From contig JABVCE010000009.1 of NCBI GenBank assembly GCA_014905635.1, positions 806,001-870,000 on the forward strand: 64,000 bases of DNA, in the 5' to 3' direction. Source of the stretch: Scenedesmus sp. PABB004 (lineage: Eukaryota). Below, one piece after another: positions 12,301-25,459 of this stretch (position 1 is the first letter of the stretch; each line of letters opens with the position of its first letter). The notes below the pieces were generated by a model that saw only the letters and a list, made by a program, of their open reading frames with translations, searched no databases and was not told the DNA's origin. The position numbers and the translations under genes were made by a program.

Positions 12301-13359
12301 GGGCTGGAGCTGCCGCAGCCGCAGCAGGGCCAGCTGCTGGACCTGGCGCCCAGCGGCGACGGCGGCGCGCGCGCGGTGGCGAGCCTCGCGGCGGCCGGGG
12401 GCGAGGCCGCGCAGGCGCTGGAGCTGGACCTGCTGCTCGGCTGCGGCGCGCCGGGGCCGTCCGCGGCCGTGGCGCGCATGTTCGGCGGCGCCGGGGTCGT
12501 GTTTGACGGCCGCCTCGTCGTCGACGCCGGGCTGTGCACCAGCGTGCCCCGCGTGCTCGGCGCCGGCCCGGCCGCCAAGTTCTCGCTGCGCACCGCCCTG
12601 CCCGGCGCGCCGCACCAGCACTTCGACAGCACCGAGCTGGGCGCCGCGCTCGCCGCCGCGATTCAGCGCACGTTTGTGCTGCCGCTGGAGCCGCCGGCGG
12701 ACGGCGCGCCGGGCGGCGCGGCGGCGGCGCCGCCGGCGCTGCGCGCGGGCAAGGTGCGGGGCTGCCGCCTGCCCTGCGGGCGCGAATTTGCGGTCGCAGG
12801 CTGCGCCGCCGCGCTGGCGCGCCCGTCGCTCGCGCCGCCGCCCGGCGGGCGCAGCCTGATGAGCTCGAGCGCGGCGACCGGCGAGCCGGGGGCGCCGGGC
12901 GGGGTCATCAACCTCGTGCTTGATGCCGCGGACGTGGTGCACCACGCCGCCTACCTCGGCCCCTGCGCATGCGCGCCCCCGCCCGCCCAGCTCGCGGCGC
13001 TCGTCGGGCTGCCCTTCTCCTGCCTCGCCGCGGGGCTGGGCCTGCCCGCGGTCGGCGGCGCCGGCGGCGAGGGCGCGGCCGCGGCGGCGATGCGGCGCGT
13101 CGCGGGCGCGGCGCCCGGGCCGGCGGCGGGCGTGTGGGTGCTCGAGCAGGACGTGCTGGCGCAGCTGCGCCAGCCCTGGGCGGCGCTGCTGTTGCACGAG
13201 CGCTGCGCGGCGCTGTGTGGTGAGCTGCTCGCCGCGGCCGCCGGCGGCTCCGCGGAGCGCGCGGCGGCCGCGGCCGCGGCGGGCGCCGTGCGCCTCATGC
13301 GGCGCTGCGCGGCGGAGCTGCCGGGCTACCGCACGGCCGGCGCGGCGGCGGCCGAGTGA
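9343..13359 (+). CDS. CFAP61: Cilia- and flagella-associated protein 61 homolog (CSC/radial spoke-associated), multi-exon
   Basis: GNAT-like repeats LQVRRARVEDHDDLAPII and WEVRRAVPDDV, the segment ELDVCVINPIF, a Rossmann-like AVNARVVVAGASETGLSCL, and GVVFDGRLVVD...GPAAKFS. The 5' exons are uncertain. Confidence 0.82.
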
Positions 13360-14031
13360 GCGCGGCGCGGTCAAACTGTGCGCGCCAACTCTGCGCGGCT
13401 ACGGCCGCCACGGGCCAGCGCGCGCGCCTGCGCCGTGCGCACGCCGCGAGCAGTCCCACCCCGCAGCCTCCGAGGCCTCCTCCGAGCCAGCCTGGCGCCC
13501 AGGGGCGCGTTGCCGCGGCCGAGCGCGCCGCCGCGGCGCGCGCTCGCCGGCGAGGCCGCCTCGGGCCGCGCAACCAAACTGGGAGGGTGCTGGGCGCATT
13601 CGGCGGCCAAAGACACGCTGCCTACGCTCGATCGGCCCCCTTTCGCGCGCGGAGGGCGGCGCGCCCTCCGAGCCCCGCCACCGAGACCCCGCGTGACCGC
13701 GCCGCGCCCAGGGCGCGCCCGACCGCAGCACGGCGCGTCCAGCGCGCAGGGACGGGCCCAGCGCAGCGGTGGGCGCGCAGCCGCAGCCCGCCGTCCATCA
13801 TCAGCCGCCCCCTTGTGCAAGGCGCGGCCAGGGGCGCCGGCTCTTGGCCCACCGCAGCGATCCGTCGCCGAGCCCGCGACCGCGCCGGCGGACGGCCGCC
13901 AGCGGCCCCACAGGCGGCGGGGGGCGCCTGTTGTCAACAGCAGCAATCGCAAGCGCCTCATTTGCGGGCGACTAGCGCCCCGCATGGCCCCAGCGCGTGC
14001 TCCCCCGGCTTGATCTTGACGAGCCGCAGCC

Positions 14032-17000
14032 ATGGCCACGCGCGCGGCCATCCGGCCGCGCCCGCTGGACATCAACAAGCAGCTGCTGCTCGTCAAGGAG
14101 CTGTCTGAGCTCGACGCGGGGCCGCCCGGCGAGGCGGGCGCCGGCCCGGCGGGCGAGGTGAGGCACGGGCAGCGCCACCGCGGCGCCGCGGCGCGCGCGG
14201 GCGCGCCCGGAGCGCGCCGCGCCGCGGTCCGCGCGCGCCGCCGCGCGCGCGCGCGGCCGAGGCCGCGCCGCCGGCGCCCCACGCGCCGCACGCGCAGGGC
14301 GCGGCGGCCGCGGCCGGCGGGCACAGCGGCGGGCATGGGCACGGCGGCGGCCATGGGCACGGCGCCGGCGGCGGGGGCAAGAAGAAGGCCAAGGCCATCC
14401 CCATCCCAGACATCTGGGAGGTCGAGACGCACTACAGGGACTACCTGCCCCTCTTCACGCCGCCCCTGACCTACCTGCACGGCAAGGGTGAGCCAGCGGG
14501 CGCCGGGCGCGGCGCGGCGCGGCGCGGCGCCCCGGGCCGCGCGGCGGCGCGAGGGGCGGCCCCCGACGGGCGGCCCCCGACGACGCGGCGCCGCGCCGCG
14601 CCGCTCGCGTCGCGTCGCCAGGCTGCGGCGGCACCAAGGAGCCCGAGCCGGTGGAGTACGACCTGGACAACGAGGACGAGGACTGGCTGCGGTCGTACAA
14701 CATCGGGCGCAGCCGCCTCGCGGACACGCTGTTTGAGAAGATGCTGTGGCGGCTGGAGCTCGAGTGCGCGGCGGCCACGGACAACGCGCTTGCAGCGGCG
14801 GGTGCGGCGCGGCGCGGCGCGGCGGCGGCGCGCGGCGGGTGGCGGGCGGATGGGCGGCGGCGCTCGCAGCGCAGCGCGGCGGGCCGCTCACGCGCGCGGC
14901 CCGCCGCGCGCAGGCGCGGGCCCGAGCGAGCGCACCGCGGCGAGCGCGGTCGCGGCGATCGACCACCTGCCCAAGGGCGACGCGGTGCGGCTGCTCATGC
15001 TGACGTGCGGCGCGCGGGAGAAGCTCTGCGTCGACGTCTACGCCTACTGGGCGGCCAAGCGCAAGCGCTGGGGCAAGCCCATCCTGCGGCGCCTGCAGGC
15101 GCCGACGCTGCCGAGCGACACCAACCCCTTCAACACCTTCCGGTGCGCGCGCGGCTGCGGCTGCGGCGCCGGCGCCGGCGACGCGGGCGCGCGGCGCGCG
15201 GCGGCGCGCCAGCAGCCCTCTCCGGACGAGGCCCTGCGACCCCGCCGCGACCCCTCCGCGCCCGCCCGCGCCGCCGCAGGCCGCGCGAGAAGGTCAACCG
15301 CCCGCAGACGCGGCGGCGGCGCGACAACAGCGAGGAGCTGCTGGACAAGCTGCGCCAGCTCAAGGACAACCTGGGCACGAGCCGGGCGATACTCGAGGAG
15401 GTGGTCCGCCGCGAGCGCCGCAAGCGCGACCTCGCGGTGCGGACCGCGCCGCGGCGGCGGGCGGGCGGGCGGCGCGACGGCGGCGGGCGGGCGGGCACGC
15501 GCCGCGGGAGGGACGGGCGGCGGGCGTGGCGCGGCGGCGCGCCTCACGTGTGTCGCTCGCCGCCGCGCCGCGCAGTGCACCGAGGTGGAGCTGCTGCGCA
15601 TCAAGTTCCGCGCGCACCACGAGGCGGGCACGACGCACGAGCAGATCAGCAGCGAGGGCCTCGCGCACCTCCGCGAGCGCATGCGCATCAACGGCCACCA
15701 GGACCAGATGTGCGTGCGCGGCGCGCCCCGCGGGCGGTTGCGGCGGCGGTCGCGCACGCCCCGCACGCAGCGCGCGCCGGCCGCCGCCCCCGCCCGCCGC
15801 CGCCGGCCGACGCTGCTTGCCGCCGCCGCGCCCCGCCCGCCCGGCGCGCGCAGCCGCGCCGGCATGCGCATGCTGCCGAACAAGGCCACTCTGCCGGCGG
15901 GCGTGCAGCTGGCGAAGCGCGTGCGCACCGAGACGGTGCTGCGCTGCCTGCGCCCGATCGCGGCCAACTCCAACATCATCCCGCCGCCGCCCGCGGTCGA
16001 GCCGGAGGCGCTCTGGGCGCTGCCGGCCAACCTGCTGCAGCTGCCGCTCGAGTCCAAGGGCGCGCAGCGCGCGCGCATGGACGACATTCGCCGCGGCCGC
16101 CCCGCCGCGCTCGCGCCGCCGGGCGGCGCGCAGGTCGCTGCCGCCGCCGCGGCCGCGGCCGCGGCCGCCGCCGCCGCGGCAGGCGCCGCCGCGGCGCCCG
16201 CGGGCGGCGCCGCCGCCGACGCCGGCGGCGCGAGCGCGGCGGCGGGCGGCGCGTCCGCCGCCGGCGCCGCGCCGCCGCGCCCGGCGCGCCTGACCGCCGT
16301 CGCGGCGGCGCTCGCGGAGCGGGAGCACCTATTCAAGCTGCCGGACGGGCTCAGCGCCAACCTCGCGGGCTGGCGCTGCTTCGTGGGCCGCGGCGGCCGC
16401 GCGCGGCTGGAGCGCGTCGACCACGTCACGCACGAGAGCCTCGAGGCGCTCAAGGCCGAGAGCGACGCGCTGCGCGTGCACTACGCGGTGCGCCAGCGGC
16501 GCGCCGCCGGCCGGCCGCGCGCGGCGGGGACGCGGCGGCGCAGCGGCGGCGCGGGCGCCAGCAGGGCCGCGCCGCTCATGCTCGCGCGCGCGCCGCTCAT
16601 GCTGGCGCGCGCGCCCCCGCCGCCGCCGCCTGCCGCCGCCGCGCGCAGAGCGAGCCCTGGCCGCCGATGCCGACGGCGCCGCTGCTGCGGGAGATCGTGA
16701 TGCGCTCGCGGCCGCCGCCGCCGCAGTCGGCGCGGCAGCAGGCCGCGGGCATGGCGCGCGCGGGCAGCGCGGGCGGGGCGTCGCAGGCGTCGGGCCTCGC
16801 CGCGCAGCGCCGGCCGAGCAGCACGAGCGTCGGCGCGGCGCTCCAGCAGGCGCCCGGCGGCGGCGCGGCCAACGGCCCGATGGCGAGCGCGGCGTCGCTG
16901 CAGGCGCCGCCTGCGACGATGCCGCAGCAGGCGTACATGGCGGCGCAGCAGGCGCACCCCGCGGGCGCGGGGGCTGCGGCGCAGCTGCAGATGCAGCAGG

Positions 17001-17197
17001 CGCAGATGCTGCAGCAGCAGCAGATGCAGGCGGCGGCGGCGGCGGCGGCGCCGGGCGGCGGCGGCGACCCCGGCGCCGCGGCGCAGCAGTACGCGGCGGC
17101 GGCGGCGGCGCAGCAGGGCATGGCCGCGCAGCCCGCAACGTACGGTCAGCCCGGAGCGGCGCGGCCGCCCAAGCCCAGCGCCATGGACATCGGCTGA
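14032..17197 (+). CDS. EPL1: Enhancer of polycomb-like protein (NuA4/Piccolo subunit)
   Basis: EPcA motifs IRPRPLDINKQL, IPIPDI, EYDLDNEDEDWL, FEKMLWRLE and YWAAKRKRWGKPILRRLQ...NPFNTFRPREK, plus a Gln/Ala-rich tail. Confidence 0.92.
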
Positions 17198-17603
17198 GCG
17201 CGGCGGCGCGGCGGCGAGGGCGGCGTGGGCGGACCGGGCGGACGGGGCGGAGCCATTGTGGGGGGCCAGCACAGACGCCCCGCCCTTGTGCATGCGTATG
17301 TCTGTGCGCGCGCCGCGTGTGTAGCCACGCACGCGGCTGGCCGATGGCCGGGGCCGTCACGACCCAGCACGCGCGACCGCCGGCGGCAGAACCGCGGCCG
17401 CCCCGCCGGGTCCCGTTCAGCTGCTTCACCACGCTCCACGCTCCAAGCCCGCCGCAGCAGCATCGCTCAGGGCCGCCCACCACCGCCAGACGCCGAGCTG
17501 CGCAGCGCGGCGCCGCACGCGAACGCTGCTGCTGCCGCCTGCCGGTTGCCAGAGGGCGTGCGGCCGCGGCAGAGCGCCGAGGAGGAGTGCCGCCCGGCGG
17601 CTC

Positions 17604-18235
17604 ATGGGCAAGGCGGGCAAGGGCGGCAGCAGCAAAGGAGGCAAGGGCGACGGGTGCGCCGCGCTGCTCCGCCCGCGCCGCCGCGGCGGCGCTGCCCGCG
17701 CACGGCCTGCCCTGGCCCGGCCCAGCCGCGTGGCTGACGCACGCCGGTGCGCCCGCGCAGCGGCGGCGCTGGCAGCGCCAGCAGCGCTGACGCACGCCGA
17801 CGCGCCCGCCCGCGCGCAGCAGCGGCGCCGGGGGCGCCGCTGGCGGCGGCCCGGGCGGCAGCTGCTCGCAGGTCAACGTTCGCCACATACTCTGCGAGAA
17901 GCTGGGAAAGCTCGAGGAGGCGCTGGCAAAGATCAAGTCGGGCGAGCGCTTCGACGCGGTGCGCGGCGGTCGGCGCGCGACTTCAATCAGCGCGCCAGGC
18001 AGCGGCCAGGATTCGCCGCCGCTGACGCCGCGCTCGCCCGCCTGCGCGCCAGGTGGCGACGGCCTACAGCGAGGACGCAGCGCGCAGGGGCGGCGCGCTC
18101 GGCTGGAAGCGTCGCAACGAGCTGGTGGCCGAGTTTGCGGCCGCGGCGTTCCAGCTGCAGGTCGGCGAGATGAGCGGGGTCGTCAGGTCGCCCTTCGGCT
18201 ACCACCTCATCCTCTGCGAGGGCCGCAAGGCCTGA
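17604..18235 (+). CDS. PIN4: Parvulin-type peptidyl-prolyl cis-trans isomerase (Par14/PIN4-like)
   Basis: Basic Gly/Lys-rich N-terminus [15 protein letters not shown], then [25 protein letters not shown] and [17 protein letters not shown]. Confidence 0.92.
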
Positions 18236-18508
18236 CGCCTGAGCTGCACACAGCGTCGCCGCCGGCTGGCAACTTGCCGGCCAGGCTGGCGGTTGAGGGA
18301 ACCGCGGGCGCTCCCCCCGCTCGCCCCCGCGCCCGCCGCGTGCATTGGCCGCGCCACCCCCGAGCTGCCCGCGCCGCTGGCCAGGCCCCACGATCGCCGC
18401 CGCGCCCGCGCCGCGACGACAGTACAGTTGCGCCGCGCCGCCCGCCCCCGCCGCGCCGATTCGGGCTGGGCCGGTGTCGGCAGCTGCCGTGGCGCAGAAG
18501 CAGTCGAC

Positions 18509-21159
18509 ATGCGCGCCCTCGCGGCGCCGCGGCGGCCCTGGCGCCCCGGGCGGGGCGCGCGGCTGCTGGCGATGCTCGCGCTGGCCGCCCTGGCCCCGCG
18601 GGACGCGGGCGGCGTCAAGGTTCGGGTCTGGACCAACGTGACGGACGCGGACTTTGTGTACCCGGAGCAGGACCTGGCGTCCGACTTTGGCATGCCGGAG
18701 CTCGTGGACAAGCCGTCGCTCGGGCTCGCCTTCAGCGGCGGCGGCTGGCGCGCCGCCTCCCTGGCGTACGGCTGGCTGCGCGCGCTGCACCTGGTGCGCG
18801 ACCGCCCGCACGCTCCGGCGCCGCCGGCCGCGCGCCGCGGCCAGCGCGCGCGGTCTGCTGCCAGTGACGCCAGGCTGGCCGGGTCGAGCGCCGCGCCGCC
18901 GTGGTCCCCGCGCCGCAGATGAACGTCACGTCGGCGGCGCAGTACATCTCGTCCAACAGCGGCGGCACGTGGGTGACCACGCCGTACGCCTACACGGGCA
19001 GCGGCGCGCTGGGGCGCTTCTTCAGCCCATACTTCGAGCCGGCCAACCTCACGACGAGCCGGCTGAGCATGTCGCTCACGCCCGGCAGCTGGGGCGCGCG
19101 CGTCGCCGGCAAGACGCTGCTGCTGGGCGCGATCGGCAACCCGAGTGAGCGGCGCGCGCGGCGCGCGCTCCGGCTGCGAGCTGCCGCCGGCGGCGGGCGC
19201 GGCGCGCTCACGGGCCGCGCGCCGTCGCAGCGACGCTGCCGGGCGAGCCGAGCGCGTGGGCGACCAACATCGCGTCGATCTTCCTAAACCCCTTTGGCAT
19301 CGGCAGCAGCGACAGCAGCGTCAGCGCCAACGGCACGCGCGGCGACATGCTGCGCGCGACGCGGCGCCGCCTGCTGCCCGGCTTCCCCGTCAGCGTCGCG
19401 TGCAACGACGGCCGGTGCGGCGCGGCGGCGGGGGCGGCGCGCGCCACCGGCGCGGGCCGCGCCACGGGGGGGGGGGGGGGCAGCGGCGGCGGCGCCGCGG
19501 GCTGCGCGTGCGCGGCTGGCCCCCGGCGTGAGCTAGCGGCGCCGCCGCCGAGCGGGCCCCGGGCGGCGCCGCACCCTCGTCAGGCCGTACCCCATCATCG
19601 TTGGTTCGATCATGACCCCCGAGCGCGCGGTGTCGCCCAAATTCTTTCCCTTTGAGTTCACGCCCCTCTACGTCGGCATGGCCCCCGTCGCCGACTATAC
19701 CAAGCCCACCGCGCTCGGCGGCGGGCTCGTGGAGCCGATCGGCTTCAACAGCCTCAGCCCGCGCACGCACGCGGTCAGCAAGACCGGCGACGAGGTGCGC
19801 GCGGCCGCGGCGGCGGCGGCTCGGCGGCGGCGAGCGCGGCGCGGCGCGGACCGGGGCGGCGTCCGACCGCGGCGCGGCGCCGGGCGCAGAGCGTGGACGT
19901 CGCGCTGCTGCACCCCGCGACGGTGTCGTCGGTCATGCACGCCGTGGGCATCAGCAGCTCCGCGATCGCGCTGCGCATGAAGCCGGGCAACCTGCTGACC
20001 GCCAACCTGTTCAGCGGGCAGATGGTCAACTACTGGAACCTCTGGGACTACCAGCAGGGCATGTACACCTTTGCAGACGGCGGTGCGCGCCGCCGCCGCG
20101 CGGCGAGCGCGGCGCCCGGCCCGCGGCGCTGCGCGCTGGCCGCCGTGGAGGCGCGAGCAGCCGCCGCGCCGACACGCTCCGGCGGCGCGCGCGCGCGGCC
20201 GGCCGCCCCCGCCGCCCGGCAGGCGCGGTGGACGACCTGGCGGTCATGCCGCTGCTGCGGCGGGGCGTGAAGAACCTGGTCATCTGCGTCGCGACACACA
20301 CCACCCCCAACGCGACGCTCGAGGAGTTTGCCAAGGGTGCGGCGGCGGCGCGCGCGGCGGCGCGCAGCGCACAGCACGCAGCCGGGCGTAGAGAGAGCGG
20401 GGCGCGCACCGACGCCGCCGGTGCGACCGCCGCGCGCCGACGCCGTGCGCGCCGCGGCCGCGCAGAGGAGTTTGCGCTCGCCGGCCTCTTTGGCGCGCTG
20501 CCGCTGGACGCGGTGGACGAGCGGGGGGAGGTGCTGCTCATCCACGGCGTCGACGACCCGATGTCGTGGAACGAGATGCAGGCGGTCTTCCCCGCCGCCG
20601 GCTTCCGGCCGCTGTTCGAGCAGTTCCGCGACAGCTGGGCCGCCGGCGGGCCGCACGTGTTCAACGCGACCTACGACGTGCGGCGCGGCGCGCTGCGAGC
20701 AGCGCGGCACGGCGTCGCGGCGCTGCCGGCGCGACGCCAGTCCGTGCGCCGGCGCGCGGCCGACCCGCCCCGCCGCCGCCGCCGCCGCCGGGCCCGGTGC
20801 ATGCGCAGGTGCTGCCCAACGCGTTCCAGGGCGTGGCGGGGCGGTACCGCGCCAACGTGCTGTGGGTGCTCAACGGCGCGAGCGCGCGCTGGGAGGCGGC
20901 GCTGCCCGAGGCGACGCGGCGCTGGCTCGACCGCGGCCGCGACGGCCGCGGCGGTGCGTACGAGGGCTACCCCAACGTCCTCAACACGCTCACCGCGCCC
21001 GGCCCGCTCATCAGCCTGCTGAGCCAGCAGGCGAGCTGGGCGCTCAAGGAGAAGAAGGACCTGGTGCTCGACTTTGTGGAGGCGGCGGCGGGCAGCACGA
21101 GCGGGCCGCGCGAGGCCGCGCTCCTCGCGGGCGCCAGCCGCCGGCGGCGCGCAGCGTGA
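18509..21159 (+). CDS. Secreted FabD/lysophospholipase-like (cPLA2/PLB-type) acyl hydrolase
   Basis: Signal peptide [12 protein letters not shown], oxyanion motif [12 protein letters not shown], nucleophile motif [22 protein letters not shown], and catalytic Asp motif [20 protein letters not shown]. Confidence 0.75.
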
Positions 21160-21482
21160 GCAGCGAGGGAGGCCAGTGAGAGCAGCACTGACGCGCCCGC
21201 GAGTGCGGGCGGGCGTTCGAACCGGGACGACGCAGGGCCGGCGGTGGGTGCGCTCGGGGAGCACGCTCGAGCGCTGGCCGGCGGCGCGGCCGTGCGGGAG
21301 GCAGCTGTATAAAATCCAGGAGAGCCTGCCCTTGCCGCCCCCACGCGCAGACAGCAGGCGCGGGCATCGCGGCGGGGCCCCCGCAGCGCGCGCCGTCGGC
21401 GACGCCCGCGGCGGAGCTGCGAGCCGCCCGCGTCGCGCCCGCGCCGCCGCGACAGCTCCGGTGCACTGGACTGTCGAGTGAT

Positions 21483-22098
21483 CAGCTGGCCGTCGACTAG
21501 GGAGGGGGAGGAGCTGCCGCGCTGCGCCGCGCTGGGCGACGCGCAGCTCACAGCAGCGCGCGCGCGCCCGCCGCCGGCTGAGCGGGAGGCGCGCTGCGGC
21601 GCCCGTCGGCCGCTGGCTCCCCCCACTGAGAGCAAAAGCCCGCGGCGCCGCCGGACGGGGCCCGCGCGCCCGGCCCCGCGACCAGGGGCGCCGCAGCAGG
21701 TAGGCCGGCTGCGCAGCCGCGGCCGCGGCGCGCCCCCGGGGCGCGCGCGGCGTGACAGGCGGCAGCAGAGGCACCTTTTTCCGGCGCCGCGCGGGGTGCT
21801 GCCCGCGCGTGCGGCGACTTGTTACTCCGCTGACGCGCAGCCCCCGGCGCGCGGCGCCCGTCGCCGGCGCGGCGGCCTGGCCCGGCGCGGCGCCGCCGCC
21901 GCCCAGTCCCCGCGCGCCGCCCGGCGCCCGGCCGAGCCGCAGCGCGCCCGAGCGCACACGCCGCGCGCGCGGCTGTTGGCGACGCGCCCGGCGCCCCGCC
22001 GCGCACGCGGGCGCGCCCGGAGCACACAAGAAAGCGAGCCCGCGGCCTGGGGCGCGGCGCGGACTCGGGAGCGGCGCCGGCCATCTGCGGCGAGGCCC
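21483..22098. repeat. Inverted repeat arm A (pairs with 25460-26068)
   Basis: Direct comparison: gcacctttttccggcgccgcgcggggtgctgcccgcgcgtgcggcgacttgttactccgctgacg and agcacacaagaaagcgagccc both occur as reverse complements in 25500-25790. Confidence 0.95.
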
Positions 22099-22114
22099 CC
22101 GCGCGGAGGCCGGC

Positions 22115-24158
22115 ATGGCCGCGGCCGTGGCGCGGCCGCCCGGCGACGCCGCCGGCCGCGCGCCTGCCACGAACGACACGGACGCCATGCTGCTCAGCAT
22201 GGACGACTTCAAGGGCTTCAGGCAAATCGGGAAGGGCAAGTGAGTGTGCCGCAATGCGCCGGGAGCCCGCCCCGCGCCGCGCCGCGCGCGGCGCAGCCCG
22301 GGCGCGCTGTTGGGAGCGTCAAATGGTGCCAGCAGTCTGCTGGGATGCCTGCTGGCGCCCCACGTCGCGCCGGCTAACGGCCAGCCGGCTCCCTCTCTGC
22401 TGCTGCTGCGCGCGCAGGGACTGCGTCGTCTACTCCGCCACCTGCGCCAAGCTGGGCGGGTCCAGCGTGGTGCTCAAGGTCTACGACAAGTCCCGCATCA
22501 GCGCCATCAAGCACCGCAGCGTGCGGCGCGAGGCGCGCATCATGCGCTTCCTCACCGACAAGGGGTGCGCCGCGGCGAGCCCCGCGCGCCGCCGCAGCCG
22601 CGCCAGGCCGCCCGCCGCCCGCTCGGCTTGTCGGCGGCCGGCCCGACGGCCGCGGGGGGTGGGGGAGCAAGGTGGCGCAGCCGCCGGCCGGGCGCGCGGC
22701 GCGCGAGAGGTCCGCCGCGTCCGCCGCCGCAGCGTGCCGCACACGACCGGCTACACCGGGGCCTTCCAGGACAGCAAGCAGATATACATCGTCATGGAGC
22801 ACTGCAGCGGCGGCGACCTGCTGGAGCAGCTGCTGCGTGAGGGCCGCGCGATGGCGGAGCGCCGCGTCGTGCGCGAGGTCGTGCTGCCCACGCTCACCGC
22901 GCTCGCGCACCTCCACGCCGCCGGCATCATCCACCGGTGCGCCCTCACGCCGTGCCGGCGGCGCGCCGCGCGCTGCCCCGTGTCGCCGCGCCGCGCGCGC
23001 GCCACGCGCGCGCCCGCGCGCCGCGCGCGCGGCCGCGGCACCCTCGGACGCGCGGCGCCTCACCCCGCCCCCAACGCACGCGCGCGCGTGCCCGCAGGGA
23101 CATCAAGCTCGAGAACCTCTTCATCGCGAGCGACGGCCGCCTGCAGCTCGGCGACTTTGGGCTCGCGATCGCGACGGCCGAGGAGCGCGCGATCTCGCCG
23201 GTCGGCACGCTCGAGTACATGCCGCCCGAGATCCTGCGCCTGCCCTCAACCGACGCGGTGCTCAAGGGCCTGGTCTGCGTGGACGACGTCGCGCCGGTGG
23301 ACGAGAAGGTGGACCTGTGGAGCTTTGGCGTGACCGTGTACGAGCTCGTGACCGGGCGGTCGCCGTTCGAGGGCGGGAGCAAGGCGGAGATCAAGGCCGC
23401 GATCCTGGGCTTCCGCATGCGCCCGCTGCCGGCCTTCCTCTCGCCCGGGTGCCAGGACTTCATCCTGCAGGCGATGTGCCCGCGCGCGGCGGACCGCCCC
23501 GGCGCGCTCGCGCTGCTCGCGCACCCCTGGGTGCAGCTGCACTGCGCGCCGGCCGACCTAGTGGCGATCGCGCGCCTGCCGCTCGCGCTGCCGCGCGCGC
23601 CGATGGGCGCGCACCGCGGCGGCGCGGCGCCGCGTGGCGGCGCCGAGCCGGCGGCGAGCAGCCAGGCCAGCGCGGCGACGGCGGCCGGCGGCGGCGCCGC
23701 CGGCGCTCGCGCCGACGACGGCGCCGACTCGTCGCCTGCGGGCGGCAAGCCCGGCGAGGCCGGCGAGGCCGGGGGGCTGCAGCAGTCAGTCACGGGCAAG
23801 CTGCAGGCCAACAGCAGCAGCCCGGGCACGCCCAGCAGCCCCCAGATCCCTGCCTTCATGCCGGGCAGCCGCGCCGGCACGCGCAGCGCGGGCGCGGGGG
23901 GCAGCCCCGCGCCCAGCAGCTGCAGCGGCAGCAGCAGCAGCAGCAGCACCCGCGCGAGCGGCGGCGACGGCGGCGGCGGCAGCGGCAGCTGCCGCAGCAC
24001 CAGCACCGGCAGCGGCACGCACGTGTGCGGCGGCAGCGCCGCGGCGTCGCTCGCCGACAGCGCGGCGTCGCTGTGCGCGGGCGGCGCCGGCGCGGCCGCC
24101 AAGCGCTCGGCGGCGGCGGCGGCTGCAGAGCCGATCCTCGAGCGCCCCGCGGACGAGC

Positions 24159-24234
<76 letters not shown>

Positions 24235-24599
24235 CATGCAGGCGCCGCAGCAGCACGTCATGCAGCAGCAGCAGCAGCGGCAGCAGCAGTGGCAGCAGCC
24301 CGGCGCCGACGCGGCGCAGGAGCAGGCGCAGCCGCCGCGGCGGCAGGCCAGCGACGACGCGCTGTCGCCCCGCAGCAAGCGCGCCAGCGGGGGCGGCAAG
24401 CTGTTCAAGTGGATGTGCATGGCCGCGGCGCCGGCGGGTGCGGCGCGCGGCGAGCGCGCGCCGCCGCGCAGAAGCGCGTGCGCCGGGCGCGTGCCGGGCC
24501 ACGGCGCCGTTGCGCCGCCTGTCACGCTCGCACGCGCGCGTGCGCACCGCCCGCCCGCCCGCCGCCCGCCGCGCAGGCTCGCACCACGCATCCAGCTAG
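22115..24599 (+). CDS. Aurora-like Ser/Thr protein kinase with low-complexity C-terminal tail
   Basis: FRQIGKGK, VVLKVYDK, IYIVMEHCSGGDL, IIHR|DIKLEN, GDFGL, GTLEYMPPE and KVDLWSFGV. The last short exon (GSHHASS*) is inferred from a GT-AG intron. Confidence 0.9.
24161..24232 (+). repeat. Perfect (GCG)24 microsatellite encoding poly-Ala in the kinase tail
   Basis: Read directly from the sequence. Confidence 0.9.
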
Positions 24600-25414
24600 G
24601 ACGCGGCGGGCACCGCGCCACCGCCGGCGCGCGCCTCCCTGAACGAGCGCGCGCGCCGCGGCGCACGCCCTCGACCGATTGCCCCGCACGGCTGCGCTGC
24701 CCAGCCGGCACCAGGAGTTGCGGGCGGGAGGGCCTCCCGCACGTTCTCGGGCTGCGAGCCCAGAGCGCGGCGCGCCATTTCGTTTGACGTGTGGCGCCGC
24801 CGCGGCCGGGCTATCTGCCGTCCGCGCGCGGCGCCGTGCATTGCAGCAGCGCCGGCGGCCTCGCCGCGCTTGCTGCCGGGGGCCGGTCGGCCCGGGTTTT
24901 GTGCGCGCTGCTGGAGGGGCAGGGGGCTTCAGTGAATAAACGGCGGCGGCGGGCGGGGCAAACGCCGCGCGCCTCCGCTCGGTCCCCTGTGTGTGTGTCG
25001 TGAAGCGAAGCAAGTGATCCGCGTGCCTCCACCCAGGCGCACCTCCCTTCCTGCCCGTGGCGGTGACCCGGAGGCGGCCAAACCACGCGTGTGCGTGCGC
25101 GTTTCTGTGTGCTTGTACAGCCGTTTGTCGCTCTTGCCATGCAATACTGGCAACGCACGGCCGCCGCAATGCGGCCGCAGATGGGGGCTCATGAGGCGGC
25201 GCGAGGCGCACCCCGGCAGCTGCACAGCCTGCGCCCCTCGCCCGCGGCGGCGCAGAGTAGATTGCAGGCCCCCGCGGCACGGGCCCTGACGCACTGATTC
25301 ACCGTCTCGCGCCCGAGCGACGGCTGGGCTGCCGGCCGGCGGCGCCCCTGCTCGCGCGGCGCGCAGACGTCTGCGCGACGCGCGCTCCACTCGGACGACG
25401 ACGCGGACAGCTAG

Positions 25415-25446
25415 TGTAACGCACCGCGAACGGAGCGTCCATTACA
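25415..25446. terminator. Convergent pair of TGTAA polyadenylation signals (+ at 25415-25419, - at 25442-25446)
   Basis: TGTAA is the established chlorophyte poly(A) signal and is rare in this GC-rich DNA. The orientations match the kinase (+) and the small coiled-coil gene (-). Confidence 0.65.
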
Positions 25447-25459
25447 GCGCCGGCCGCGA

